This document shows, piece by piece, positions 17,863-28,490 of a stretch of DNA of 45,683 nt. Under the pieces are notes generated by a model, which was not told the origin of the DNA, made no database searches, and was given only the letters and a program-made list of their open reading frames with translations. The DNA comes from Spirochaetia bacterium (GTDB taxonomy: Bacteria; Spirochaetota; Spirochaetia; DSM-27196; Salinispiraceae). Position numbers and translations under genes: made by a program. Positions within the stretch are counted from its first letter, which is position 1. Every line of letters starts with the position of its first letter. Where the stretch lies: assembly GCA_038204425.1 (NCBI GenBank), contig JBBRCZ010000017.1, forward strand, positions 1-45,683, written 5' to 3'.

Positions 17863-18604
17863 AACGCAGAATCAAATACGAAAGTTCGCCTTTCTTCGTT
17901 AAATTGATGATATGATCGCGGTAGAAGTCAACTAAGACGATTGGGTCAACTAAGCGCCTGATTTTGGTGTTTACCTGGCTCTGAACCGAATCTATCTTGT
18001 TCTTTAGCCGCTCTAGTATTCGTGCTTCGACATCTTGACGAGTAAGGGCACCAAGAACCCCTTCATAATCTTTATCTTCAACTAGTTTTTGATAACGACT
18101 TGGATCGGCCCTAAACTTGGATTCACTTATGTACAATGCCCCAAAATGAACGCGCCGAGCGATCGCCTGTAAGCAAAAGACATCCTGCTCAACGCTTGAG
18201 CCGTAGTGCCCATCATCGCCGCTTGGACATAAATCTACTAACATCAGTCTATAAGATTGTAACAAGTCAAAATTCTGGTTGATCACATTGAAGTCGCCGA
18301 TTTTAAACGCACTTTCAGCTTTGGGGGGGGTACGTTCAGGGATAGGCAGGTCATCAGTAAACGGGCGTTCTTCGGGCACCAAGAATCTTCCAAAAACTGA
18401 ATCCATTTGTTCTTGCATTGCAAGACGAATCTGAAACAAGCTTTTGTCGCCTCTAGAGGGAAAGCCTCCTCCACCGAGTAGGTAGGCGGGTCTATTCTCA
18501 GCAAATTGAGCACGATCGAGAAGACGGAAGATGATGCTCTCTTCAAGACTCTCAAGTACTGCTGCAACTCGATTCAAGTCAAAGACATCAAAAGGATACA
18601 TCAT
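17849..18604 (-). CDS. Chorismate mutase, eukaryote-type (Aro7/AroQ-beta-like)
   Basis: LESLEESIIFRLLDRAQF, GRFLVPEERPF, YGSSVEQDVFCLQAIARRVHFG..ISESKF, INLTKKGELSYL parallel yeast Aro7 motifs (EDSIIFKFIER; LQSLSRRIHFGKFVAEAKF). Confidence 0.85.
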   Translation of the reverse strand: MMYPFDVFDLNRVAAVLESLEESIIFRLLDRAQFAENRPAYLLGGGGFPSRGDKSLFQIRLAMQEQMDSVFGRFLVPEERPFTDDLPIPERTPPKAESAFKIGDFNVINQNFDLLQSYRLMLVDLCPSGDDGHYGSSVEQDVFCLQAIARRVHFGALYISESKFRADPSRYQKLVEDKDYEGVLGALTRQDVEARILERLKNKIDSVQSQVNTKIRRLVDPIVLVDFYRDHIINLTKKGELSYLILRCEGR

Positions 18605-18764
18605 AGTCTATATTATTACCCAAGAAGAGGCAAAAGTTAAGTACAAAGATTCAAAATCTAAGTAACATTGGATTTTGCCCAGGAAAAAGAGAGAGTCTTG
18701 GGGACAGAGCTAAAAAAAGACAATTGATTCAATCAGCTTTCCCAATTCCTCTGTAGAGTTTGTC

Positions 18765-19283
18765 ATGAGAAGAACCCGAACTCTGGCAACTGATGCCACG
18801 TATCACGTTACGATGAGAACAAATGGAAAGAAGCACACGCTTTTGGACCCTAAAACCAAAGAATTATACTTGCAGACTCTCAATCGGGCTAAAAAAAAAT
18901 ACAACTTCACTATATATAATTTTTGCATAATGAATAACCACGTACACTTTTTACTGCATCCACATAGTGATTCGAATCTTTCACGGATAATGCAGTGGAT
19001 CTCAAGTGTTTTTGCTATGGCATATAACCGCCAAGCTGGTGAATGTGGGCATTTTTGGGGAGAAAGGTTCTTTTCAAAAATTGTCAAATCGATTGCGGAT
19101 TTCGTGGCATTGTTTCGTTACATTAACGATAACCCGCTAAAGGCCGGCTTAGTTGCTGATTCTATTGATTGGCCTTTTGGTGCCTTGGGTCACCATCGAA
19201 AGGGTCTTTTCAATATTTCAGATGCGCCTGAGCCATGGTTGTTAGTACAATTTCCAGAACATAAAATTGTGTTTGCAGATTAG
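18765..19283 (+). CDS. REP-associated tyrosine transposase (RAYT)-like HUH/Y1 nuclease, IS200/IS605 superfamily
   Basis: YHVTMRTN, CIMNNHVHFL (HUH), GHFWGERF, RYINDNPLKAGL (catalytic Tyr + NP). No tnpB adjacent. Flanked by inverted 12-mer copies at 18700 (+) and 19556 (-). Confidence 0.9.
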   Translation: MRRTRTLATDATYHVTMRTNGKKHTLLDPKTKELYLQTLNRAKKKYNFTIYNFCIMNNHVHFLLHPHSDSNLSRIMQWISSVFAMAYNRQAGECGHFWGERFFSKIVKSIADFVALFRYINDNPLKAGLVADSIDWPFGALGHHRKGLFNISDAPEPWLLVQFPEHKIVFAD

Positions 19284-19555
19284 AATTGCTTGTTGTCACT
19301 ATTGGATAGTACGTTCGTTTCACCAATCATTGCTCAGACTCAGTAGCCGTTCATAGTCGGCACTTTATAAGTGAAATGAGTTAGAATCACCGCAAAAGAA
19401 AGCTCTATAACGGTACTCTTGGATCGCGACGTTTATCGAAGTTCAAAATCAAACGCTCAAATAAGCTCTGTCAAGCAAAAGCGATTTGCGCCTTAGTTTG
19501 GTATCACAAACATTTCTAATCCAGCGTTATCTCGTTATCAGTTGATGATCTTTTT

Positions 19556-19597
19556 TGCTCTGTCCCCTATTGTTGTCCCCACCTATTGTTGTCCCCA
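19556..19597 (-). repeat. One-mismatch 12-mer copy followed by a perfect 2 x 16-bp tandem repeat, downstream of the RAYT-like gene
   Basis: TGCTCTGTCCCC at 19556-19567; CCTATTGTTGTCCCCA at 19566-19581 and 19582-19597 (TGTCCCC occurs three times). Confidence 0.85.
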
Positions 19598-19876
19598 ATT
19601 GTCGTTCACCCAAACGATGATCCCAGAAAGACTCATTTTTGGGGTTATATTTTTCTTGCCGTGCATTTTTGCTGACTATACGTTGGCAGCTGCCAAAGAT
19701 GCAAAACAGATCGCAAGACTATACCCTACAATTAATTAATCACTTTTTTAATGGGATCGGCTCCGCCCTAGAATTCTTTTGCGAATCAATCTTCTAAACA
19801 GTCTCAACGAAGTGACAGTTTTCTATTTAATGGCTTTGCTCGTCTGATTGTGATTGCGGCCAGTGTTTGTTTGGGG

Positions 19877-20482
19877 TCAGAGCTCATCGACAGTATTCAA
19901 CTCTGCCTTTCTAATACCCACCACCAAGCTACTGAACTCGGCAACTTTCCAGATACCTTGCGAGTTTTTCTTGAGGGTTAATGGTCTTGGCGAATCGGCT
20001 CCACTCGATCGTACGAACAAACGTATTGCACCATCATTTTGTTGACTGTAGTTGTTTCGACTAGTTTCTACTTCAACGGGAAAGCTTCCAATTTGATAGC
20101 CATTCGCCGGTGAAGTACCAGAAACATAAGAGTGCCCAACATGTGCGTTGTTATCTATTCTCTTGATCAAGTATTGTGCACTCGCACTTGGTTCAAACCC
20201 TTTATAGCCACCTTTGGAAGTCGGCCTTATTTGGGCGCTGTCATTCACTAGGATCACTGTAAAGAAATGCATACCCACAACGGGGTCTTGTCCATAGCGA
20301 ATCATAGCTACGACGAATAGCGCCGCCGCACCTTCTGGGGTCTGGCCTAAGCTTTCTCTAAGCTCTAGGTAATCTTCAATTGATTCAGGGATAGTATCAA
20401 TCTTGATCTTCAAAGCCTCTTGAGACCAGACTGCGGGAAAACACGACACCAATACGCAAATTATCGAGACTATTCTCTTCAT
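19877..20482 (-). CDS. Exported conserved hypothetical protein (DUF6935-like)
   Basis: Signal peptide; TPEGAAALFVVAM, SYVSGTSPANGY, SSGADSPRPLTL, WKVAEFSS; RBS AGGAG. Confidence 0.65.
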   Translation of the reverse strand: MKRIVSIICVLVSCFPAVWSQEALKIKIDTIPESIEDYLELRESLGQTPEGAAALFVVAMIRYGQDPVVGMHFFTVILVNDSAQIRPTSKGGYKGFEPSASAQYLIKRIDNNAHVGHSYVSGTSPANGYQIGSFPVEVETSRNNYSQQNDGAIRLFVRSSGADSPRPLTLKKNSQGIWKVAEFSSLVVGIRKAELNTVDEL

Positions 20483-20601
20483 AAAAAACTCCTTTATATA
20501 GGCGAAATTGCCTCAAAAACTAATTGTACGCGTATACTGATAACTTTACAAACTATTGAATTACTGTACATTATTGGTTTTGAACGATACCATCACAAGT
20601 C

Positions 20602-21171
20602 ATGGCTATCACTTCAAAAAACGCTTCTCAATTCGTGGTTCCTACTATTGCTGGTCTCTTTTTGGTCTTTCTACGAATTTCCTCGTTTACACTTGGAGGA
20701 GGTTACGCAATGGTTGGCGTAATGGAAAGCAATCTCAAAAACAAACAGTGGATGAACGGGCTTGATTTTCTTGAGCTCTTCACCATCGCCCAGTCATTTC
20801 CGGGTGTTTTGGCGATCAATACGGCAGTAATTGTAGGTTGGCGACTAAGGGGCTTTTGGGGAGCAACGGCTGGATTTTTTGGCGTAATCATACCCCCTGT
20901 GATCATCATCAGCTTTTTAAGTCTATTCTACGAAAGCATTACCGAGTCAGAATATGCCCAAGCCTTTTTGCTAGGTATTTACGGAGCCATGGTAGGAATC
21001 GTAGCATCGTTAATCTACAAGATCATAAAGTCAAAGCGCTGGAATATCTTTACTTTGTTGGCGAGTTTGATGGGGACAGTGCTCTTGTCAATTTGGGCTG
21101 AATTGGCTCTACCGATATTCATTGTTTTGGTTTCGCTCGTCTACATGGGTACAAAAAAATGGATGCCATGA
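20602..21171 (+). CDS. chrA: Short-chain chromate transporter (CHR) subunit 1
   Basis: FTLGGGYAM, AQSFPG..AIN, G....GFWGA, IIPP motifs. Confidence 0.88.
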   Translation: MAITSKNASQFVVPTIAGLFLVFLRISSFTLGGGYAMVGVMESNLKNKQWMNGLDFLELFTIAQSFPGVLAINTAVIVGWRLRGFWGATAGFFGVIIPPVIIISFLSLFYESITESEYAQAFLLGIYGAMVGIVASLIYKIIKSKRWNIFTLLASLMGTVLLSIWAELALPIFIVLVSLVYMGTKKWMP

Positions 21172-21689
21172 AATTGGGCCAGATGGCCGTGGTTTTTTTC
21201 TTTGTCGGAATGATGTCATTTGGCGGTGGATGGACAACAGTTGGTTTGTTGCAAACCCAGCTGGTAGGAAATGGCTGGATAAGTGCCCTTGGCTTTGGCA
21301 ACATTGTCGCTATCGCACAAATAACCCCCGGGCCCGTTTCTATAAACACTGCCACGCTGATTGGCATTCGTGAATATGGAATTGTAGGAGGAATCATTCT
21401 AACGCTGGCGGTGGTTGCATTCCCACTTTTAGCAATTGTGGCTGGTTTCCTCTTGTCCAAGCACCTTAAGCTGGATCGAGGTCGATTGATGATTGCCCTC
21501 GGGGTGGGAACACTATCAATGCTGGCTTTGACATTGTTGCATTTACTAGCGATTCCGGCCATTAATCTTTTAACCATCGCTATCGGTTTGTCATCCTTTT
21601 TCTTGGTCACATTTACCAAAATAAATAACTTAATTCCCATCTTTGCTGGAGGCGCAATCAGTTTGACATGGTACTTGCTTAACAAATGA
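21168..21689 (+). CDS. chrA: Short-chain chromate transporter (CHR) subunit 2
   Basis: SFGGGW, AQITPGPVSINTATLIG; ATGA overlap with subunit 1 (alternative start 21159). Confidence 0.88.
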   Translation: MKLGQMAVVFFFVGMMSFGGGWTTVGLLQTQLVGNGWISALGFGNIVAIAQITPGPVSINTATLIGIREYGIVGGIILTLAVVAFPLLAIVAGFLLSKHLKLDRGRLMIALGVGTLSMLALTLLHLLAIPAINLLTIAIGLSSFFLVTFTKINNLIPIFAGGAISLTWYLLNK

Positions 21690-21792
21690 GAGTTTTTTTG
21701 AGCTCTGTCCCCGTCGGCAGTTGTTTCCTCATCGACGGTGAAGTGCCCAGACTCTTCGTCATAGGCATTTTCCCGCCCCAAAGGACCTTCTA

Positions 21793-22272
21793 GTGACCAT
21801 AGTCCTTTTTCTGATCGGACTTTCACTCCTACTCTGTGCGATTGCTGGCTTTTTTATGCGAACTAAGATCGTTTCAATCATCGCAAATCCCAATTACTTT
21901 ACTAAAAATCAGCTTCGATTAAAAAGGCTGACTTTTGCCTTTGGGATTAGTTTTCTTGGCTTAATAGGTGCAGGTATCACTACACTTGGCCTTGTTTCCC
22001 GAAACAAAGCAGCTAGGTTTATCATTAAAATGAACGAATTTCGGCCCTATTGGCTAATGACGTTGGTTGGATTGATTGCCTTGTTCCTATTTTTGACCAC
22101 TCGCGCGCTGATTCGAAAGAAACCTGAAGTTTTCTTCTTTTCATACAAACACTTAAGGGCCAAGAATGGCCATATCGTTGCAAATACAATCTATGCGGTT
22201 TTTTTTATCATCGCCCCAGTTGTCATCGCAATTATCTTGGCCTTTTTTGCTATTCAATTCTGGACAAAGTAG
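21793..22272 (+). CDS. Hypothetical membrane protein (4 TM)
   Basis: Four hydrophobic segments; GTG start preceded by AAGGA. Confidence 0.65.
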   Translation: MTIVLFLIGLSLLLCAIAGFFMRTKIVSIIANPNYFTKNQLRLKRLTFAFGISFLGLIGAGITTLGLVSRNKAARFIIKMNEFRPYWLMTLVGLIALFLFLTTRALIRKKPEVFFFSYKHLRAKNGHIVANTIYAVFFIIAPVVIAIILAFFAIQFWTK

Positions 22273-24131
22273 CTAGGAATGGCCTCTCGCTCAGCTAGTT
22301 CGTCAGTAGTGGGCTCATCCTCTCCAAAAAGGGGACAGAGCTCAAAACTAAAGTGCTGCTCCAATCCACGCATTTCATCTGAGTCGAACCAATGATACTC
22401 ACCTTGCGGGGCAATTTCCAGCCAGTGCTTCTTTTTGTCGCTGACAAGACAAGCTGTCAAAGGACTTGCTTGCCTACGATCAGCGACGAGCAACTGCAGA
22501 CTAAGGCCTTGGTGGCCAAGCTCAGGCACGGTCCAAGCAAAAATCCATTTGGTTCCGGTAAAGAGTGCACCTTGTTGAACCGATCGCGGCCTAAGCATAG
22601 TCTCGCATTCTGCATCGAGATGTCGCCAGCGGACAGAAACTGGGCTATGATTGAGTGGTAACGCTATTCGCAATCGATAGGGCACAAAGGATTCAACAAA
22701 GCTTCTATGTCTAAAATGCGGGTACTTCAAGTGTAACTCAAAGAAAAGTTGCTCACAGCGATCGGTCAAAAAATAGTCGGCTGAAAGTCTACCAGCTTCT
22801 TCTATCTCATTATCTCTCATGTTCATGATGTGGCTAATACCACGACTGTGGTCAGTTTCAAACGAGACGGCACTCTCGGTATCCCAAGAATATTCTATGC
22901 CTTTGACCAAACAAGCGCCATTCTGACTGGTGTCAAGTTCAATCTCATGACTATTGGTCTTAAGCAGGCAGGGAAAGCCACCATTAAACCCAACTTGGTA
23001 GCTATTGCCTATCATGGTCGCTATTCCATGCATGCTTGCGTACAAGTTTCTGCTCCGGTTTTTTGGTTTCACTGGCTTGTGCGTTGTCCTAGTAAATTCC
23101 CCATAACGCAGTTGATCAAAGCTACTATTGATGCTTTTGGCGCTGCTGGGTGGCGGCAAATAATCAGGTCTGATTGCCAATAGCTGTGATCTTATACGTT
23201 CTGAGACAGAGGACCTTGTGGACCTGAGTTCACCACAAGCAAAAAGTCTTTGGCGCAGATGAGCCCCGTTTGGTGTCTGGCAACGCGCAAATGGGTTTAA
23301 GGCGGCTGGAGATGCGATAGCATTTCCATCAGGATATAGTTGACACGCCAGTCCTTGCGGACGATTGTCAAATAAATAGCCCTCTGCGAGAAGTTTGTTA
23401 AAAACTTCGCTCAAACCAAGCAAAACAGGTGCGTCATTTGTGTCAGTTTGCGCAAAATTGTGATAATCAAGCATGACCATCAGCGATGGAAACTCGGGAT
23501 TTTGATCCTTTGCGAAGCTTGCCAAAAGCTTATTGATCCATTTTTTAAGTTCCTTGATATCCTTGTTATTGAGAACCCTCAAACACGGAATTAGCTCGCT
23601 TTCAAGACCAGATGCCACCACCACAAACTCTCTTGCCTTTGCGTCCGTTCCAATGCCCAGACCACAGCGTCCGAAGCTTTCTAGAGCCGCCTGTGTGGCA
23701 CTCATGCGATGGGGGTCAGGCCAGAACGGTAGAATCAAAGAGTGAACACCACCAAATACGTCTCTAAAACCAGTTTTCCAAGGATTTGAAATCGCCCACT
23801 CCGCTTCATACTTGATTTCTTCTTGACTAAGCAGAGCGTGGACTGATCCAGCATACCCAGCCGGAATAATGTCAAGTTTGCCCTTTCCAGAAAGCTCAAT
23901 CATGCGATTGAGGGTCTCCGGACTGATGGCTGAGGCGCCTTCTGTTGGATCTAGTGTACCCAAACGAGCCTTAGCCCATGAGGCTGGCAAGTCCTTGTTT
24001 ACCATATGTAGTAGCACCACACTTGACTCTGGCAACTTGGCTGCTTCAAGTTCGTCCAGTAGCGCTTCAAGCTGCTTGCTTTGGTATACAGAGATAACAA
24101 TATGCAAACGGATTCTCTTGGCAGTTTTCAC
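22254..24131 (-). CDS. Hypothetical protein; N-terminus weakly resembles a GH57/GH38-type glycoside hydrolase/deacetylase barrel
   Basis: 625-aa ORF; GKLDIIPAGYAGSVHALLSQEEI resembles the GH57 'E..gg.y.hp.l.ll' region; beta-rich C-terminus. The functional call is weak. Confidence 0.55.
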   Translation of the reverse strand: MKTAKRIRLHIVISVYQSKQLEALLDELEAAKLPESSVVLLHMVNKDLPASWAKARLGTLDPTEGASAISPETLNRMIELSGKGKLDIIPAGYAGSVHALLSQEEIKYEAEWAISNPWKTGFRDVFGGVHSLILPFWPDPHRMSATQAALESFGRCGLGIGTDAKAREFVVVASGLESELIPCLRVLNNKDIKELKKWINKLLASFAKDQNPEFPSLMVMLDYHNFAQTDTNDAPVLLGLSEVFNKLLAEGYLFDNRPQGLACQLYPDGNAIASPAALNPFARCQTPNGAHLRQRLFACGELRSTRSSVSERIRSQLLAIRPDYLPPPSSAKSINSSFDQLRYGEFTRTTHKPVKPKNRSRNLYASMHGIATMIGNSYQVGFNGGFPCLLKTNSHEIELDTSQNGACLVKGIEYSWDTESAVSFETDHSRGISHIMNMRDNEIEEAGRLSADYFLTDRCEQLFFELHLKYPHFRHRSFVESFVPYRLRIALPLNHSPVSVRWRHLDAECETMLRPRSVQQGALFTGTKWIFAWTVPELGHQGLSLQLLVADRRQASPLTACLVSDKKKHWLEIAPQGEYHWFDSDEMRGLEQHFSFELCPLFGEDEPTTDELAEREAIPSYFVQN

Positions 24132-24252
24132 TTACCATAGTTTTAACACAGCCTTTGGTCCTTGAGTAGCCCAATTTTTAGAGTAATTGCACTCTGCTTC
24201 TCACATTCGCTAGGCTTGGCTCAAATCGAATTGCCGAGTGTTGCAAAAACCC

Positions 24253-24281
24253 TTGCCTTTTAGTCGCTGAATGAGTAGATT
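24253..24281 (+). promoter_or_regulatory. Putative sigma70 promoter of groEL
   Basis: TTGCCT-17 bp-TAGATT; RBS GAGAGG before ATG 24331. Confidence 0.45.
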
Positions 24282-24318
24282 AAGCGCGAACAAAAATTCG
24301 CAAAAGACTCACACATGA

Positions 24319-25983
<1,665 letters not shown>

Positions 25984-26008
25984 ACCAGACTTAGTACTTT
26001 GAGATTGC

Positions 26009-26044
26009 AACCGGCTTTGAATTACTTCAAAGCCGGTTTTTTTT
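26009..26044 (+). terminator. Rho-independent terminator of groEL
   Basis: 13-bp stem AACCGGCTTTGAA / TTCAAAGCCGGTT, 4-nt loop, T tract. Confidence 0.92.
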
Positions 26045-26049
26045 GCTAC

Positions 26050-26078
26050 TTGGAAACAAGAGGGTTTTGTAGTAGACT
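26050..26078 (+). promoter_or_regulatory. Putative sigma70 promoter giving a leaderless transcript
   Basis: TTGGAA-17 bp-TAGACT, ATG 6 nt later, no SD. Confidence 0.45.
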
Positions 26079-26084
26079 GGCAAT

Positions 26085-26378
26085 ATGACTAAGCAAGAGT
26101 TTGTATGGACCGTCGGCTTCAACGGCAACACGGCAATTATTAATCGACAAATGAAAGAACGAAACAAGGACCTCTCGCCTAAAAATTTGCTAGAACAAGG
26201 TTTAGTTAGACCGGCAGTTTGCAGTGCGCTTTGGGACAGTCAAACTAATGTTGGCGCTTTAGACGAATTCGCCAAACAGTTTAGCCAGAAGACGGCGATT
26301 GAGATTGATGCAGATGGTCTTAAACGACTAGTCGGTGTTTATACAATACCGCAAAACATTCGAACCCTCGCACTTTAG
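26085..26378 (+). CDS. Small hypothetical protein (97 aa)
   Basis: Fills the gap between the groEL terminator and a convergent gene; has its own promoter-like sequence. Confidence 0.7.
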   Translation: MTKQEFVWTVGFNGNTAIINRQMKERNKDLSPKNLLEQGLVRPAVCSALWDSQTNVGALDEFAKQFSQKTAIEIDADGLKRLVGVYTIPQNIRTLAL

Positions 26379-26393
26379 ATTATTTAACGACTA

Positions 26394-27263
26394 TCACGAA
26401 TGCTTCCAGTGCACATCGGCAAGAAATTCCTGTGGGTTCATTAGGTCAGGATGATAATAGAGAATCTGTTCATGCTGCCCTAGGAACCATTCTTTTTTTG
26501 GATCAAGTTGCCAAAAATCAGCTCCAATTGACAAGTCCATTTCTCGCCCCTGTGCATCACAGGCTTTGATCCCCAGCTTATGTGCCAATGGCCAAACAGC
26601 TGCCAAGTCCCAAAGTTTGACTCGAGAGTAGTAGCCACAAAAGGCCCTTCGCATTAAATGATAGAAAGAAAAAACGCAGCTTGCGGTGTTCATTAGGGTA
26701 TGGTGGCCTTTGTAAATGGCGTGTTTACAAACCGTTTGTGTTACCGCGACCATGCCAGGATAGCCACTAATGGTGGCGATCGTCGGTATTGGCTGCCACT
26801 CAAGGTCACTTAGCTTGGGCCGCCCATGGTCAACCATGGCTCTGAGCACTGTCCCTTTTTGGCTGCTAATAACAAAACCGTCGGCAGAATGCTCAGACAT
26901 CGGAAAGTAGACCAGTCCATTACTCAACTGGCCGTTCTCAAGCAAACCAACCGACACGCCCCAGCCGGGCATACCAAGCGTATAGAGCGCCGTACCATCG
27001 ATTGGATCTACCACATAGCAACGACCTTTGAGACTGAGTGCCTGTGGAGTGGTCTGGTCTGCCAAATCTTCTTCGCCCACAAAGCTTGCCTTCTTACCTA
27101 GCACTTCACGCAGCCGCTGTTCTACTTCTTGGTCTGCTGGCGTGACTAGTGTTCCATCTGATTTGCACCAAGCCAAGGCTGTGGTTTGAATGCTACGCGC
27201 GTGGGCTCCGGCCGTACGAATGGCCTGCCAATCTAGTTCATCGATAAAGTCAAATGTTTCCAT
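26394..27263 (-). CDS. Inositol monophosphatase family protein
   Basis: VTPADQEVE, GEE, VDPIDGT, KLWDLAA. Confidence 0.9.
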   Translation of the reverse strand: METFDFIDELDWQAIRTAGAHARSIQTTALAWCKSDGTLVTPADQEVEQRLREVLGKKASFVGEEDLADQTTPQALSLKGRCYVVDPIDGTALYTLGMPGWGVSVGLLENGQLSNGLVYFPMSEHSADGFVISSQKGTVLRAMVDHGRPKLSDLEWQPIPTIATISGYPGMVAVTQTVCKHAIYKGHHTLMNTASCVFSFYHLMRRAFCGYYSRVKLWDLAAVWPLAHKLGIKACDAQGREMDLSIGADFWQLDPKKEWFLGQHEQILYYHPDLMNPQEFLADVHWKHS

Positions 27264-27275
27264 AGTTCTTGGATC

Positions 27276-27848
27276 TTATACTATCCCGGCAAAGCCCATA
27301 AAGGCCAGTGCCAAAAGTCCGGCTGTTACCAAAGATATGGGCGCACCTTTCATGCTATCGGGGACATCCGAAAACTCGAGCCTTTCGCGCAGTCCGGCAA
27401 AGATCACCATCGCGAGAATGAATCCAGCCGAAGTAAACAACGAAAACAAGACCCCTTCTACAAGTCCAAAGCCAGACCTGACCACAAGCAGGGCAACTCC
27501 AAGGATCGCACAGTTGGTGGTAATTAACGGCAGATAGATACCCAAAGATTGGTACAAGGAAGGACTTATTTTTTTGAGTACGGTTTCAACGACCTGCACT
27601 AGTCCTGCAATTAACAAGATAAAGATTATAGTTTGTAGATATTCAAGACCAAATGGAATTAGCACACCAACTTGAATTAGGTAGGTTGCGATGGTCGACA
27701 ATATCATTACAAACATAACAGCAGCACCCATACCAAAAGCAGTATCGACTCGCTTGGACACCCCTAAAAATGGGCAGATTCCAAGGAATTGAACCAAAAC
27801 AATGTTGTTTACGAGCATTGCTCCTACGGTGAGCGACAAAACATCCAT
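27276..27848 (-). CDS. rnfA: Rnf complex subunit A
   Basis: NNIVLVQFLGICPFLGVS, LGIYLPLITTNCAILG. Confidence 0.95.
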   Translation of the reverse strand: MDVLSLTVGAMLVNNIVLVQFLGICPFLGVSKRVDTAFGMGAAVMFVMILSTIATYLIQVGVLIPFGLEYLQTIIFILLIAGLVQVVETVLKKISPSLYQSLGIYLPLITTNCAILGVALLVVRSGFGLVEGVLFSLFTSAGFILAMVIFAGLRERLEFSDVPDSMKGAPISLVTAGLLALAFMGFAGIV

Positions 27849-27851
27849 GGT

Positions 27852-28490
27852 CTATCTCCTTGCCCTGATGATTTTTTTTTGCAAATGGGAAACCAAAGCG
27901 ATCAAGAAACCAAGTGTTATAAAAGCTCCTGGTGGCAGAATAAAAATCAGGATGCCTGAGGCTTCTTCTTCAATAAACTTGTAGCCAAACAGAGAACCCT
28001 CACCAAGTATTTCTCTCACTGAGCCCAAGAGGGTTAGAGCGGCTGCAAAACCAAGACCCATAGACAAGCCATCTATCAGAGACGCAAAAGGTGTATTTTT
28101 GGCCGCAAACGCTTCGGCTCGTCCCAGAATTATACAATTGACCACTATCAGTGGTATAAATATGCCAAGTGACTCGTAAAGATCCGGCAAGAATGCTTTC
28201 ATAAGCATTTCCAATATGGTTACAAACGAAGCAATCAAAACGATGTAGGCAGGAATCCTTACCTGATCGGGTATTAGATTTTTTAGTAGCGATATCGTCA
28301 CATTTGACGCCATCAAGACTACCAATGCGCTTAGTCCCATGCCCAATCCATTCATTGCACTCGAGGTCACTGCAAGCGTAGGACACATGCCCAAAAGCAA
28401 AGTAAAGACAGGATTCTCGCGCAAAATTCCTTTGAGCAAATCTATGCTTGGCTTTTTCTTTGCAAGCCCGGGGGTCGTTAGTTCACTCAC
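27852..28490 (-). CDS. rnfE: Rnf complex subunit E
   Basis: ENP..LLGMCPTLAVT, FIPLIVVNCIILGRAE, LPPGAF. Confidence 0.95.
   Translation of the reverse strand: MSELTTPGLAKKKPSIDLLKGILRENPVFTLLLGMCPTLAVTSSAMNGLGMGLSALVVLMASNVTISLLKNLIPDQVRIPAYIVLIASFVTILEMLMKAFLPDLYESLGIFIPLIVVNCIILGRAEAFAAKNTPFASLIDGLSMGLGFAAALTLLGSVREILGEGSLFGYKFIEEEASGILIFILPPGAFITLGFLIALVSHLQKKIIRARR

Noticed and set aside
18765..19283. Active IS200/IS605 insertion sequence or TnpB/omega system
   Set aside because: No tnpB/iscB and no subterminal hairpins seen; the W..RF and Y...NP.KAGL motifs fit RAYT-like proteins better.
19542..19739. 65-aa ORF downstream of the RAYT-like gene
   Set aside because: TTG start, no RBS, begins within the tandem repeat; no support as a gene.
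21119..21826. 235-aa minus-strand ORF
   Set aside because: Antisense shadow of the well-supported chromate transporter gene.
24186..24215. CIRCE element upstream of groEL
   Set aside because: Only a left-arm-like TTGCACTC; no GAGTGCTAA arm 9 bp downstream.
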